Shown one piece after another: positions 1-10,304 of a DNA stretch of 20,000 nucleotides (positions are counted from its first letter, which is position 1; each line of letters starts with the position of its first letter). The notes below the pieces were generated by a model, which was given only the letters and a program-made list of their open reading frames with translations, was not told the DNA's origin and did not search any database. The position numbers and the translations under genes are program-made. The DNA lies in NCBI RefSeq assembly GCF_004010195.1, contig NC_057719.1, positions 18,931,011 through 18,951,010 on the forward strand. The letters run 5' to 3'. Source of the DNA: Chiloscyllium plagiosum (taxonomy: Eukaryota).

Positions 1-21
1 CTTAGGCAATAGCTACTTAAC

Positions 22-640
22 ATTCGCTACTCACAGTGTGGTCTCCTCTACAGTGGGGAAATGAAGTGTAGACTGGGTGACGGCTTCGCAAAAAATAGCA
101 TGAGCTTCCAGTTGCCTGCCACTTTAACACACCACACTGTTCCTGAGCCAACATCTCTGTCTCAGGCTTACTGCAGTATTCTAATGAAGCTCAGTACAAG
201 CTGGAAGAACAATACCACTTGGGAACCCTGCAGCCCTCTGGACTTAATATCAAGTTCAATAATTTTAGGCCCTGAACTCTCCCATATCCAAGCCCCCTAC
301 CCCACACACCAGGCCTTATTATCACATAGGCTGTCATTACACCTAACCTATTGTTAGCCACGAACAGTCTCCATTAACAGCTATTCACCTGCCTAGCCAG
401 ATCGTTATCTATTCCTTTGCATGTTCATCCGATCTTCTCTCTTGTTTACTCCTTACCCCCTCCCCCCAACCTATCTTTTGTATCTTAACCAACATTTTCC
501 AGCTACCATCAGTTCTGAGGAAGGGTCACCGGACCTGAAACATTATCTCTGATTTCTCTCCACAAATGCTGCCAGACCTGCTGAGCTTTTCCACCAACTG
601 CTGTTTTTGTTTCTGATTTACAGCATCCGCGATTTTATTT
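22..640 (+). mobile_element. Penelope-like retroelement (PLE) 3' remnant: decayed GIY-YIG endonuclease C-terminus plus 3' region carrying a hammerhead motif
   Basis: From 22 the frame reads IRYSQCGLLYSGEMKCRLGDGFAK (cf. PLE I-x-C-x2-C-x3-YIGET-x-R-x-L-x2-RF-x-EH). After a frameshift it reads ELPVACHFNTPHCS*...KLEEQYHLGTLQPSGLNIKFNNFRP* (stop 273-275), matching the PLE C-terminal LGTLxPxGLN motif. The tail at 508-636 resembles the short cassettes elsewhere in the window. Confidence 0.85.
508..553 (+). ncRNA. Minimal type-I hammerhead ribozyme motif (decayed) in the PLE 3' region
   Basis: ATCAGTT-CTGAGGA(515-521)-A-GGGTC-accg-GACCT-GAAA(537-540)-CATT-ATCTCTGAT. Stem II pairs. ATCAG (508-512) pairs with CTGAT (549-553) as stem I. 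CATT is plausibly CpG-decayed CGTT. Confidence 0.7.
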
Positions 641-1370
641 AGGTTGAAGGGTGTGTTGCTTAAAAAGGAGGCAATTGGGGTCTCAATATTAGGGTTCTTT
701 GTATAATTGCACAATAAAGAATGGGTGAAATTAACCCTCTTGATAATTTTAGTTAAAAATGAGAAAAAGAATAAGAAACCATTTTATACTTGGCAGTTTC
801 CTCTTGTTAAAATTATGTATAGGAGCTTTCCAATTGCAAAGAATTGTGGCTATTATTAGCATTGTTTTGTTTTAATCTGTCAGTTTTCCCATCTTATTTG
901 TTTGGCTTAAATGAATTACAGAGTTTGCCTGCAAGGGAGTTGAACTGTTATCAATACAGATACAATCATAAAACTGTGAACGATTCAGCAGCAAGTGTAT
1001 GTTAATTCAACCCCCTCACATTAGTAATCCTTTTCAAACTGCTATCCTCCCAAAGATGACATCAGGTTTCCATGTGTAAAGTTAAAAAAAACGGAAACCA
1101 AGATCAATAAACAAAAATAAATATCAATTGCAATTCCTAGTTATTTCACTTTGCAAAGGACCCTTCTGACAGAGATTTTAGTTATTTAGTCTATTAATGT
1201 GCTTCAATCAGATTCATAGCAAAAAAAGCCTCTGAAAAGTTTTGCTTCTGCAAGAATCTTGTTGACTCCAGTTTCTAACAGTTCATATTAAACACATGGT
1301 AACCAGTCAACATGAGAAAAAAACAGACAGAAGCCACAATGCTATCCCGATAAATTTAATCGTATCCATC

Positions 1371-1630
1371 TTGGTTCAGTGGTAGCTCTCTGGCCTCTGT
1401 GTTGGGAATAAAAAGTGACATGTTCTATAATGGGTGTGTGATCTGTGGTTTACTGCCTCCTAAGCAACGAAAATGAAAATTACTCTTATAATCTGGTCAC
1501 TTATCTTATCACTGCTTATGGGACTTTGTGCTGTGCAGATTAGCTGTTGCATATCTCCCAGCACTTCAAAAGCACATGATTTGCCTGAAAAATGATTTTA
1601 AGCTGCTCTGTGAAAGCAAGCTCTTCCTTT
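1371..1630 (+). mobile_element. Ancient DeuSINE-like (SacSINE1/AmnSINE1-type) SINE relic, internally deleted
   Basis: tRNA-like head TTGGTTCAGTGGTAGCTCTCTGGCCTCTG (1371-1399). 3' part ATCTGGTCACTTATC...GGGACTTTGTGCTGTGCAGATTAGCTG...CACTTCAAAAG...GCAAGCTCTTCCTTT resembles the DeuSINE 3' region as recalled. Confidence 0.6.
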
Positions 1631-1696
1631 AGGCTCTCTTCAGCCTTTAACTTTGCAGAGAATCAAATGCTGATGCGATATGTACACAGCTGAATG

Positions 1697-1835
1697 TAAA
1701 GTAAAGTCACCATAGTTTTACAAGACCATAGGGCTGCTCTCTTATTCGGGAGAGATGTCTGGCTGCTGGTTTAACCAAAAGCTAAACCCAAGGGAGAGAT
1801 TGAGAATGAGAGTCCTTCATGGTAACTTCAACTAG
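1697..1835 (-). mobile_element. Fragment of a chondrichthyan tRNA-derived SINE (3' half)
   Basis: TAAAGTAAAGTCACCATAG...GACCATAGGGCTGCTCTC...GTCCTTCATGGTAAC resembles a common shark SINE in reverse orientation with a (CTTTA)n-type tail. Recognised from memory only. Confidence 0.5.
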
Positions 1836-2925
1836 TTGGACGTCTGAATATATCTGTAAGGGTGAAAACTTGAATATGTCTGTAAAGCAGAAAGGCTATT
1901 GCAAAGAAAAAGGAACGCATTACCAATGTATTGTATTGAACAGTTCACAGAATAGTATCTGAATGTACATAAAGTCAACCGAGCGTGCTAGATTTCAGGA
2001 AGATCGATAGCCTAATATTTTTAAAGTTGGACCCTATCTAGTTTTCCATCATTACATATTGAGGACTATGTGCTGCAGCCTTATACCATATCTCCCATGT
2101 TTACTTTCAGCTGAAATCCTTTTTGAAGAGTAAAAGATTAATCTTGCAAGGGCTTTGTGTAACAGCACCACCACCTTTAGGCCAAAGACTGGCTCAACTT
2201 CACATGCCAGTAAAGGAAATTAATTTCATATTTGAAGGTGACAACATAAGCCTTTGCTAATACCCACTCGACCCACAACAGAAACTCACTAGTATTCATA
2301 GCTCCTAATTTAAAAACCATTAGGCTGTTCTGCTTGGTGAACCGGATCTAAATATTCTTTAAGGGGTGTTTTAATTTAATCAGAGTCTTAACAAGCCCCC
2401 TTTTAAAAATGATGATCCGCAGAATTCAGGGGATTTGTTTTTTTTTGGAATCTGATCCAATAACAGGCTTTGCACCAAGACACCACAGTCGCATCTGATT
2501 TAGCATCGAACGGGCGATAATCAGGAAAATTGCTTTGCATATTTAATCACTGTGAAAACACAAGCAAAACCACTTTCTAGAGATTACTTTTTAATGTGCT
2601 ATGCCACTGGCATGCCAATGACCCTGACTTCAGCTGAAACACTGGGCAGGGAGCACAGCTCCAAATGAATTCAGTCAATGTGCTATTCAGTCCAGTTTAG
2701 TCTCCAGTATCCTGCTGTATCTCTATTAGACAGTAATGGAAAATTAAAATTGTTCTTTTTTTTCCCAAAACAAGGCTGATAGAAGCAGTTTTTCTTTTTA
2801 AAAAAGGGTCCAGCAGAACCAAATGTTTTCTGTTAACACTATCTTGCTCATGACTCTTAAAAGAGTAGATTCTCAACTTGTAACCCTAGAATGAGTCAGT
2901 AGAAGTAGGTTTCTAATATAGACAG

Positions 2926-3057
2926 GGTAAAAACAAGGACTGCAGATGCTGGAAACCAGAGTCTAGATTACAGTGGTGCTGGAAAAGCACAGCAGGTCAG
3001 GCAGCATCCAAGGAACAGGAAAATCGACGTTTCGGGCAAAAGCCCTTCATCAAGAAT
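2926..3057 (-). mobile_element. Short non-autonomous PLE-type cassette with hammerhead motif; 14-bp TSD
   Basis: Minus strand reads ATTC-TTGATGA-A-GGGC-TTTT-GCCC-GAAA-CGTC (core 3053-3026), then GATTTTCCTG...GATGCTGCCTGACCTGCTGTGCTTTTCCAGC...CAGCATCTGCAGTCC. The direct repeat TCTAATATAGACAG lies at 2912-2925 and 3065-3078. Confidence 0.85.
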
Positions 3058-4301
3058 AGGGCTGTCTAATATAGACAGCCAATTGCAACCCCAATTTCAG
3101 TTCTGGACGTCAAATTGAGAATCTACCCATGAAATCTTAACTAACGCTTTCTGCCACAATGTCAAATTTATTTTTCTTTGAAGCAATCTATTGACAGCAT
3201 TATGTTCAGCATTTAACATTATCCAGTAAGGAAGTGATGGATATAAGGAGTATGAGTCATCATTTTTGGAAATAGACTTCGAAGTGTGCATTCAGGGGGT
3301 ATGAACACATCAAACATTTAATGTTATAAACAGACGTTTTAGTTTCCAGAATTTCATGAGGGTTACTATTAGCTTTAAGAGAGTACCTCAGCTCTGACAT
3401 AATCACAACTCACGTCCCACATGTTATTCTGATTATTAGTTTGTTCTGATCACGGTTGACTATGAGCATTTATCATGACCTGGAGTCGGAGCCACTGGGA
3501 GCCAAACTGTGCAATGTCTGCTGCATTTTGCATAGGACACCTTGAGAATTTCACACAAGGGAAGGGGGTCTTTCATTCCCCCGACTCAATAGCAATTGAA
3601 CTCAGAACCATGTTGTAAGAACAGAGTACAGATTCACTGCACACCAAGATTACTCTGCCTGGAGTACTAAAAGAAGTGTAAAAAAAAGTTTAAATTGAAT
3701 GAATCATCTGTGAGATGCCGATTATGACAGTAGATTATTCTTTGTGCATGCTATTTCTTGCTGAATTACTTAGACTAAATAGCCGACGGGTAGTTCTTAT
3801 TTCACACGATGGTTGCATTCTTGTGCGATAACCCACTACATAAAAATTGCCTAATAAAAATAACACTTGAAATGTTAGTGATGCAATTGCCTTAGAGCCA
3901 ACACACGTTTTTGAAAGTTTGAGCTTTAGAACCAGCATCCTCTATTCGTCAATCGAGTTACAGTTAATTCACATTGATGAAAGGCACGTTATAGCAGAAT
4001 GACCTGTACTATGTACACATTGTAGGAAAGTATGGAATGATGTACTGTCAGGAGATTGTCAGTTTCATATCACAATGTGATACAAAAGGTCTTGGAAGGG
4101 TGTTTCACTAGTTCTCTTGCATGCCTCACCCTGCCACCCCACAATTTCACACCAAAGGGACTAAAAGGGGTGAGAATGCACCATGGCACCTTCATGCACG
4201 AATTCAATTTTCTGGTATAAACAACATGTCAACCACAGGCCAGGGGCCATTACACGGGCAAGTAAGAGTTGCTCTTTACTGGTGCAGGAAAGAATGCACT
4301 G

Positions 4302-4453
4302 CAATGTTCCCTCTAAGCTAGAAGGCCAAGTGGTTTGGATGGTCTGTGCATGCTGATTGGGATGTGGACATATTGACTTCTGATTCAGATAGACGCTGTC
4401 GCGAATGAACCTCAGAGCTCAACAAAGCGACAGGAAAAGTTAAGGGAACACAG
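4302..4453. mobile_element. hAT-like MITE (152 bp)
   Basis: Imperfect TIRs CAATGTTCCCTCTAA (4302-4316) and TTAAGGGAACACAG (4440-4453). The flanking 8-mers ATGCACTG (4294-4301) and AGGCACAG (4454-4461) match at 6/8, consistent with an aged 8-bp hAT TSD. Confidence 0.6.
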
Positions 4454-5469
4454 AGGCACAGACTTGGGGTTGGGAAGGGTCAAGTTACTTGTCTACATTG
4501 TTTTTGCCTTCGTCACACCTACTGCTTATGCTGAGTGAAGATGAAATATAAAATGTGGCCTCTTTAAAAACCCATCAAAAGAATGAATTTCATTCAAGTT
4601 GGATTTTTGATTTGTGATGCTTATAATGGCAAATGCAAGTTGAATCAACCATTCATTACACTCCCATTTGGTGCTATAAATGGGGTATTAGATTAGCTCG
4701 AGGTGCTAACATAGCAACTGCTACCATAGCGACTGTATCTCAGTACAATCAGTGAAGGAGATGAACATTCAAGACTGCTGTGAATTTTATAACAAAGATA
4801 TTCTGGAGAGTTTTGAAAAAAAAAGTGTGTTTTCATTAAAAAAAGCATAAGCTCCTCAACAAGAACTTCTTTCTTGTGAATCATACATTCTTGATGCTAC
4901 ACTCCATACATTCTTTGTGAAGAAATAATATTGAACTGAAGACTACAACATGGTCTTTTTTTTTAACAAAACAATTAACTTAGCTTATCAAATCTAAATA
5001 AATGCTCAATTGATACCCTGGAATTCTTCACTCAGTTACTTCAAGGACTTTGAGGTTTGCTATATGACATATTTGTGGTTGATTGAAGAACATCAATTAA
5101 GTTATGAAAGGCCCAAGATAATGTGAATTGCACATGTTCAGCTGGAAAGAGTAAGCTTAAGGGTCTCAATGGCCTTTTCTCGTTTTTCATAAATTCAGAG
5201 CTCTGAAACAATAAATTCTAAACTACTTCCCATTCCTCCTATTGTATTGAATTACTATTGCAAGTATGGTCTGTATGCCAATTACTTATTTCATAACACC
5301 AAAGCATTAAATAGGTCTCCCATATAGTCCAGCATAATGACGGGTATATTGTTAAATGTCAATTTGATTTTTATTATGATTAAATGAAATTCAAAATTAT
5401 AATAACTAATTTAGTGAATAAATAGCGATAATGATCAATAGACTTGTGTCTGACTTAGTGAGTGAGATA

Positions 5470-5820
5470 TAGGTTCACGGTCAACAGTAATACTCAAAGC
5501 ATGCTCTAAACAGCTATCCTAGTGCAGTCCGGTTGGGATGCTCCTTTGCTGAAGGCTTGAACCTTCAGATGAGACATCAAACCGAGGTCTTGTCTTATCT
5601 CTCCATCCCAATTATTGATATCAGTTTAAATACACCATGTTGCTGCTCAACGTTCAGGAAATTGCCCTGTGTCCCAGTGTCTGGGACATTTCTTACACAA
5701 CCAAATGTATAAAAAAATCAGATTGGGGGAAAGAAAATCAGATCATTATTATTTGTTAGATATTACTGGCACAAATTAGTTGCCATTGCAACTCTACGCA
5801 ATATAGTACATACAATTTCA
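5470..5820 (+). mobile_element. Ancient DeuSINE-like SINE relic containing the Deu domain
   Basis: GTGCAGTCCGGTTGGGATGCTCC...CTTCAGATGAGACATCAAACCGAGGTCTTGTCT...GCACAAATTAGTTGCC resembles the Deu-domain consensus (TTTCGGATGAGACGTTAAACCGAGG) as recalled. Confidence 0.6.
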
Positions 5821-7239
5821 CTTTCAATCCATCCCATTTGATGTTTTGAATTCCCCAGGTTTTACTGCTGTGAACACAAGGTATGAAATTGAAGGATATA
5901 AGCTTTCCAATATAGGCAAGTGCAACTCCTTTCCCATCACAAATTCTAGGATATCAACATAGCTCATTTTTGTCATTTGATATCGCCTTATACATTACTG
6001 CATGTACAGTGTTACAGCAATACAGAGTTGTCCTTTACAGAACAAGAATACTGCCTTTTCAAATCAAAGCAAGCAGATTATATTTAACAAATCCACATTA
6101 GGCAAATCACCTCTTTCATGTGATCTGAGATCATTTGAAGCATTTTTTTTTTGTCTCCTTTCCTTTATGTGTTTTAATCATCTCAAGGAACACAACTGCA
6201 GGGTGACCTCCGAACTCAGAGAAATGGAATTTGAAAGGAGAAGGCGCCCCACCTCTTCGAACAAGCACACCAGTTATTAACTAAAGAGCACTCGGGCTAA
6301 CACACAAATTGTAGGTTCCTTTCTAAGGGCTGCATGCATAATTTATCTGGATAGAGATCTTAACAACTCCTAAAGAAGTCTCCTAGGCATTCCAGTACTT
6401 AACCAGAAAAGGCTGTGTTTTTTTAAAATGCTGATATTCTATTTCAAGGAACAGAGGGCTATTTCGTATCAAACGATTCTTGCAGAGGTGTGGTTTGCAA
6501 ACTTCCATGGCTGTTTAAGACAGTCGTCAATGCGGATGTTAATTGCAAACCATCTTTCAGAATAAAACCTCCAAGCATGTCTGTGTAAACAAAATACCAG
6601 CTGCATAGCCCGGACATAGCTTGCGCTAATTTTAAGAGCAAATGTTCAATTCTTAGTTAACCACAGCTCCTTTATTTTCAATACCAACCAATTGGACGAC
6701 TTAAAATGCTTTCTGCATTGTTACATACTGTAGCAGAAAACAGCAATTGTGAAATAAAGAACAGAAAAGACAACACAACTAAAAAAAAGCAAACCATAAG
6801 TGCAAACAGACATTGAAATTCACACATTATTGTCGGAATTTACATAAGAGTAATTTCCGGATGGTGTTAGCACGACTTTAAATGAAAGTGAAATTTAAAG
6901 GAAAGGTTTTGTGTTTACTATATCTAAATTAGAAACAATTGGGGACAAACCTAGTTTCATGCCTAGTGCTGGACGGTCTTATATCTAGATATGTGCTGCT
7001 ATTTTCAATTAGCTAAAGGGATTCTGTAGGCTGTATGTGACTGGGTAGGTGGAATCACAATATCACAAAGCACGCAGAAGATCATTAAAAGGTATATGGT
7101 TTAAACCAAATACCGTGGGAAAGGGGTGATAAAATGAATGAATTATTGATGAAGAATGAGACTTTTTACTTGACATGACCAGATACTGATGCATTCAAAA
7201 TTTGAGATATTGCACTTTCTTCGTACAGTGTGGATGCTT

Positions 7240-7690
7240 AGAAACAGACTTTTTGACCAACCAGTGCCGACCGGTGTTTATGACCCACTCATTGCTCCTC
7301 CTGCCTGACACTATCAGCATAACCCTTTATTCCCTTCTCCCTCATACACTTACCTAGCATGCCTTGAATGTATGTTTTCCACTTACCTCATCAACTGTTT
7401 ATGATCATGAGTTAAATATTCTCACCATTCACGAGATACAGAAGTTTCTTCTGAATTCCTTATTTGATTTCCCGGTGATAACTGACACTCTGTGTCTAAT
7501 CAATCATAAGCTTTCATAATTTTAAAACCATCTATTAGGTATTCTCAGCCTTTTTTTTTGCACAAGATAGCAGTCCTATCCTATTCATCTTTTTCTGACA
7601 AGATAAAATGTTGCATCCTTGTATCATACCTGTAGATATTTCTTGCACGCTTTCCTGTGTCTCTGGATCCCTTTATAATTTGGTAGCCAT
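7240..7690 (-). mobile_element. Old CR1-type LINE 3' fragment
   Basis: The minus strand of ~7505-7555 gives KRLR../LID/FKIMK, like CR1 RRLRGDLIEVFKIMK. The 7240-7330 segment looks like a reversed LINE 3' UTR. Heavily decayed. Confidence 0.55.
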
Positions 7691-7692
7691 TC

Positions 7693-7746
7693 AAATATTT
7701 TCTCTACAACAGTCAGAGAAAATATCAGAGAAATATTTTCTCTGAC
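7693..7746. repeat. Micro direct plus inverted duplication
   Basis: AAATATTTTCTCT occurs at 7693-7705 and 7731-7743. A perfect 14-bp inverted repeat GTCAGAGAAAATAT (7712-7725) / ATATTTTCTCTGAC (7733-7746) overlaps the second copy. Confidence 0.85.
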
Positions 7747-9104
7747 ACAGCTACAGTATTGTTACGTTACAGGGGAGTTTCAAAACACGTGGAGACTGCT
7801 GGCATTGCTCAATCTACAATAGCAGCCATTTTAAGATCCTTTAGCATACAGTAGTCCCGTAAGGGAAACAGCTGACTTGCATTGTATTAGAGTGTCTTCA
7901 AGGTCTTAATGGAATATGTCAACATATGTGGAAGTATTTAAGTACATTATTTCTCCCCTGCCTCAGGATTTCATAGTGCCAATGTTTATTCAACAGATTG
8001 AGCTAATACTTTGTTAGAGAATACATCAATGCATAATGATAATGAGGTTGTGTAAATAGCTTGCAAGAGGAAGGCTGGTGAAGCAGTACTTAATGCTTCA
8101 GTACAATCACATAAGGCAGCCTGCAACATAAAAGTTGGCCCTTCAACTGAAGTGATGATATTGATGCTTGCAATTCTCTGTGATTTAATGTGCAGTCACC
8201 AAAAGTTCACAGTTATACCATTTTCTGTGAATGAAAAACATACAGATCAGATACTGCTCTGGTAACTGCTCCATAAGAGTGATTTGAATTATCCAGTACA
8301 ACAATAAACAAAGCTCATTCCAAACATTACTTTACCTCGGCAACAACTTGGAACTGTAATGATGCAACAAAAGTTAATTAGATGTTACAGCTTTTGAGTA
8401 CCAAATGTTCTTTGCAGCTTTTTAAAAAAAAGTTTTTTTTATTAAATAACATTTTACAAAATTGAGTTTTAGGATCTTGGGATCATGAACACATAATCCA
8501 CATGCAATAATGTTATGGTTATTCATTTTTAAATGAAGATAAAGTTACGCTTATTTGAAATTTGACCATACTCTAACAGGATTATTTAAAATGCAATTAC
8601 AAAATGAAACATGTTCAGTAATAAATTGAGGCTGTGACCAAGCACCTTTAAGTTGTTTCTATACAATAATGCAATTAAGTAATTGTGTTATATGTTAAAA
8701 TGTGTCATTATTCATTACAGAATTAAATAGCTTTTCTAAAATTAGTCAGATAAAGTGACAGAGAAACTCTTGCAATTTTCCTTTGCTTTGTTTTCTTCAT
8801 TATATGGCAATGGCACATTTTAGATAGTGCTGCAAGAAAATCTGACAGCATTTACCTATTATATTAGATATTTGTATTGAAATTTCAGAGTTCCACCCAC
8901 AATGCCATGATAATTATAAACCAAAAGCAAAAGGTATCAGGAATAAGAAACAGCACCATGTTAGGTTTCTTCTTATCCTGTCGTTAATAGCAGCATAATT
9001 TTGATAATATGAAGTTAGACTTTTCTTGTGTAAAATAAAGATTTGCTCGACATTGGCCATTTGTAGAATCGGTTCTCCATTTCAAGCAGCAGCAAGACTT
9101 AATA

Positions 9105-9248
9105 AATCAATCGATTTTGGGACACAAGGGAATCAAAGGATGTGGAAAAAGGACAGAAAAGTGAGATTGATGTAAAAGTTCAGTCACAATTGTGCTGGAT
9201 GGCTCGAGATGTTGAGCAGCCTACTCTTCTTCCTAGTCTTTATATTCT
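9105..9248 (+). mobile_element. Old CR1-type LINE 3' end/UTR fragment
   Basis: AAGGGAATCAAAGGATGTGG...GGCTCGAG...GCCTACTCTTCTTCCTAGTCTTTATATTCT resembles the fish/shark CR1 3' terminus (GGCCTACTCCTGCTCCTA...TATGTTCT). Confidence 0.55.
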
Positions 9249-9289
9249 GGACTTGTTGCCTTGCCAAAAAGTGCAGCAGCTTTTAAAAT

Positions 9290-9690
9290 CAGCTTCTCAC
9301 ACAAAAGTTTTGAATGAAGGAGGCAAGGTACAGAGATCATTTTCTGTGTAAGAACCCCGAAGTACTTCCTGATGTCTATCTCTAATCTTTCCATTCTAAA
9401 ACTGGACACACGTATCTTGTTTTCTTCACCACTCATCATTCTGTATTCTAATTAGTATCGTACACTGGTTTTATAAAATATCTCCTCCTCGGTGCCTTTT
9501 TCAAGCTGGAGGGCCCCAGTTCCTTCAATAATGCTGTCCTGACTTTTCTTCCTGTTATCACCTTTAGTGTCTGGCTAGCATCTGACTGCATGTCAGCAAC
9601 CAGAACTGCAGAAGTGTATCCTCAACAAATCAATATATAACATTGACATAAGATCTGGACATTTAAATTCAAGGGAGTCAAGCATAAAGC
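9290..9690 (-). mobile_element. Very old CR1-type ORF2 C-terminal fragment
   Basis: Minus-strand peptides RLEIDIRKYF..TQKMI (ORF 9233..9439; cf. RLDIRKYFFTQRVI), QFW near 9600 and EFKCPDLMSMLY near 9635-9670 (cf. EYKSxDVMLxLY) occur in the expected order. Confidence 0.5.
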
Positions 9691-9923
9691 AGCAAACTGG
9701 TTATTGTGTTTGCTGACACCTCATATTATTTGAACATTGCGCCTGATGAGTGGATTAATAACTCTCTCTTCCAGCTTTTTCCTTGGAAAGTTCTATCCCA
9801 CCCATGGATTACTCATGCCTTCTATTTTTGTAATATCAGATTAATCTATTTGTATGTCATCTGCTGAGGAGGTTTTCAGTATGGTTACTAGAAGGTTAAG
9901 TTTTGTAGCTTTTCTCTTTCTTT

Positions 9924-10143
9924 AGATCAGAGCTGAAAACGTGTTGCTGGAAAAGCGCAGCAGGTCAGGCAGCATCCAAGGAGCAGGGGAATCGACGTTT
10001 CGGGCATGAGCCCTTCTTCCTGAAGAAGAGCTCATGCCTGAAACGTCGATTCTCCTGCTCCTTGGATGCTGCCTGACCTGCTGTGCTTTTCCAGCAACAC
10101 ATTTTTAGCTCTGATCTCCAGCATCTGCAGTCCTCACTTTCTC
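9924..10143. mobile_element. Head-to-head inverted PLE-type hammerhead cassette; 13-bp TSD
   Basis: Arms 9924-10019 and 10022-10117 are reverse complements (96 nt, 6 mismatches by my count, all transitions) around a 2-nt CT spacer. The + copy continues to 10143. CTCTTTCTTTAGA is duplicated at 9914-9926 and 10144-10156. Confidence 0.9.
10020..10047 (+). ncRNA. Minimal hammerhead ribozyme core
   Basis: CTGAAGA-A-GAGC-TCAT-GCCT-GAAA-CGTC. All core residues are present, stem II is weakened by two transitions, stem III is the palindrome ACGT, and the predicted cleavage is after GTC (10047). Confidence 0.7.
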
Positions 10144-10304
10144 CTCTTTCTTTAGAATAAATGAGTTTAGGAGTAGATCTGATAGTGCTTTCATAATTAT
10201 GAGGATAAGATAAATGAAGAAAAATTATTTCCGTTCTCCAGACTTGTAAACTGGAAAACATAAATTTATGACCACACAAAGCAGAAAGAAGTCTCCATGC
10301 TAAA

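Noticed and set aside
2530..2546. Octamer-like TTTGCATAT motif
   Set aside because: An isolated short motif with no supporting promoter or snRNA context.
6002..6660. ORFs 6002..6280(+) and 6459..6641(-), a polypyrimidine tract plus AG near 6140-6187, and a FOX-like TGTAAACAA; possible exon or conserved non-coding element
   Set aside because: No recognisable protein similarity and no convincing donor/acceptor pair. Short motifs are expected by chance, and conservation cannot be assessed without alignments.
9965..10279. 104-aa minus-strand ORF
   Set aside because: It is a chance read-through of the inverted hammerhead cassette and flank, with no protein motif.
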